NCBI RefSeq assembly: GCF_963921235.1
Contig: NC_086118.1
Location: 17,300,001-17,364,000 of the forward strand
Length of the DNA stretch: 64,000 nt
Source: Mobula hypostoma
Taxonomy: Eukaryota
Reading direction: 5' to 3'
Part shown: positions 62,206 through 64,000 of the stretch, piece by piece
How the letters are laid out: the number at the start of each line of letters is the position of its first letter
Numbering within the stretch: the first letter of the stretch is position 1
Position numbers and translations under genes: made by a program
The notes under the pieces: model-generated
Told to the model about the DNA's origin: nothing
Seen by the model: the letters and a program-made list of their open reading frames with translations, nothing else
Databases searched by the model: none

Positions 62206-62487
62206 TAATCTGCCTCTGTTTGCACAGCACTGTTAGTATTACCAACCAGGACTTAACCAGGACCAGTGTTACTTATTTTGTTTAAATGGAGCAGAATAGG
62301 AATACTGATATATGAATCATCAATGTTCCCATTCCCTTTGGTCTCTCCAATATTCTCTGTCCCATTCTTATCAACTTCATGGCCAGCCACCATGTAGGAT
62401 GAACCAAACTGTTGGTTCACAATCTTGGTGTTATATCTGCTCTGTGTCTTGAGGTTTGGCAGACATAACATTCTGCCCATGCATTCC

Positions 62488-62750
62488 ATTCAAAGGATTC
62501 AAAGTAGATTGATTATTAAAGTGTATGTGCAGGATACAGCCCTAAGATTCACCTTCCCCACAGACAGCCATGGAATGAAGAACCATGGAACCTGTTCAAA
62601 GAAAACACAATCAACGCTCCCCACGCACAAAAAAAAATTGGGCAAATGGAAACCAAAAAAAGAGAGCAGAAGCGTAGGATATAAAACACAGAATCAAAAG
62701 ACATATTTCAGTTCAGCTCAGGGTTCATTATCTGCAGGCTGCCGCGATTC
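62488..62750 (-). mobile_element. Rex-type LINE 3'UTR fragment
   Basis: attcaaaggattcaaagtagattgattattaaagtgtatgtgcaggatacagccctaagattcaccttcc. Confidence 0.55.
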
Positions 62751-62879
62751 AACTCATTGAGTACTGAAACTGAGAAAATTGCCTTTGTTGCCCCAAGACA
62801 ACTTTCTAATGCACGCCACGTTCCCATCATGTTTCCTATGCTTGAGATCAGCCATACTCTGTTATCTATGCTTCAACTT

Positions 62880-63300
62880 GAAACATGCTGACTGATATAG
62901 GCTTCCAGTGTCAAGCAATGCTGCCATAGTAAACTTTTCATCCTTGCTTTCCAACACATCCATGACCTGATCACTTCCCATCTCTATAATCTCCAGGCCT
63001 ACAACCCTCTGAGATGTCTGTTCTGTTTCTCTTCTCCTCTGCATCCTCAATTTTATTTGTCCCACTATTGATAACCACAAGTTCAATTAGTTAGGACCGC
63101 TGTACAACACTCGCCCCATATATCCCTCACAGTCTCTCTCTCCTCCGCTGTACAACGCTCGCCCCATATATCCCTCACAGTCTCTCTCTCCTCCTCCAAG
63201 ACATGCCTATAACTTACCTATCTGACCAAGATACCATGCTGTCACAATTTATTTCATTATTTTATGATAAGAATGCAGTGTAAGTATATTTCATTTTTTT
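62880..63300 (+). mobile_element. Ancient L2-like 3' remnant
   Basis: catccttgctttccaac...ctctataatctccaggcctacaaccctctgagat pattern; very diverged. Confidence 0.4.
63097..63192. repeat. 48-bp tandem duplication (2 copies, 1 mismatch)
   Basis: ccgctgtacaac(a/g)ctcgccccatatatccctcacagtctctctctcct x2. Confidence 0.9.
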
Positions 63301-64000
63301 CCAGTAAGCAAGGCAATTAAATCCTAACTATTGGCTAGTCACATGAAATGGTTAACTGAGCTTTTGCTTTCCAGCTAGTCTGGCATTGAAGAAATCAGCA
63401 ACAAATATGATCCTAATCCCAATAATACTTTGTTTACATGTTCAATTCCATCAATTTTCTTGTAAAGGATTAGTTAAGATTTAACTAGTGTTATTGGAAA
63501 ATGCACTTCAGTTGAGTTCATTTGTCTTTATGTCCAAAGGGCAATCTCTTTCCTCAAAGACAAATATGATTACAGTAGTTACGGAGAGGTCTTCGTACTG
63601 TCGGTCACAGGGAAAGCCTTTACCAGCGTCCCCCTCAGCTTCCTCCTCCCAGTGGCAAGAAAACTTCTCCATGAACCCTTTTAGATACAGCATTGACATA
63701 ATTTTCACTGTGCCCTAACTCCAGAATAGAGCACAATTGGTCACAGCTTTCATTGGCCTCACAAAAGCCTGTACATTGTCAATTCAAAGGGACTGTGGTG
63801 GACTCTTCTCAAATTTAGCTGCCTGTAATTTCCACCTATCCACTTGCCATTGGTTAGCATTCAAGCCATGACTGTAACCACACAGTCCATAACAGGCTCG
63901 TACTCAGTGTAGACTGGTGTCATGAAAGGCTGTGTGATTCCCATATCAGGTAAAAGGTACCAGTGCCTCTGGACTGACACTGGCAGGTTCGAGAACAATT

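Noticed and set aside
1..64000. CRISPR arrays, prokaryotic operons, rRNA or tRNA genes, endogenous viral genes
   Set aside because: No regularly spaced repeat-spacer array, dense ORF packing or recognisable RNA-gene or viral motifs; the sequence is eukaryotic and repeat-rich

Overview
This is AT-rich vertebrate genomic DNA, most likely from a cartilaginous fish (shark or ray). That assignment is an inference from the repeat set: V-SINE/HE1-like SINEs, CR1 and Rex1/Babar-like LINEs, Tx1, Penelope-like elements, Tc1/mariner and hAT MITEs, and a decayed Gypsy element. The window looks like an intron or intergenic region densely filled with nested, mostly dead transposons. I recognise no host gene; there are two weak minus-strand exon candidates (60592-60807 and 28339-28389). 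The only long ORF (39026-40321) is the RT plus GIY-YIG endonuclease of a young, 5'-truncated Penelope-like element with a 10-bp target-site duplication. The most interesting signal is RNA structure in the retroelements. The 3' end of the Penelope-like family carries a minimal type-I hammerhead ribozyme whose stem III is only the ACGT palindrome, so it could fold only as a dimer; about 8 copies occur here, 2 with an intact core and 1 nearly intact. There are also non-autonomous bipartite retroelements with structured, possibly ribozyme-like 5' ends. These belong to known classes of phenomena, and I found no convincing evidence of a wholly new system. Boundaries of old repeats are approximate and family names come from motif recognition, not database searches.
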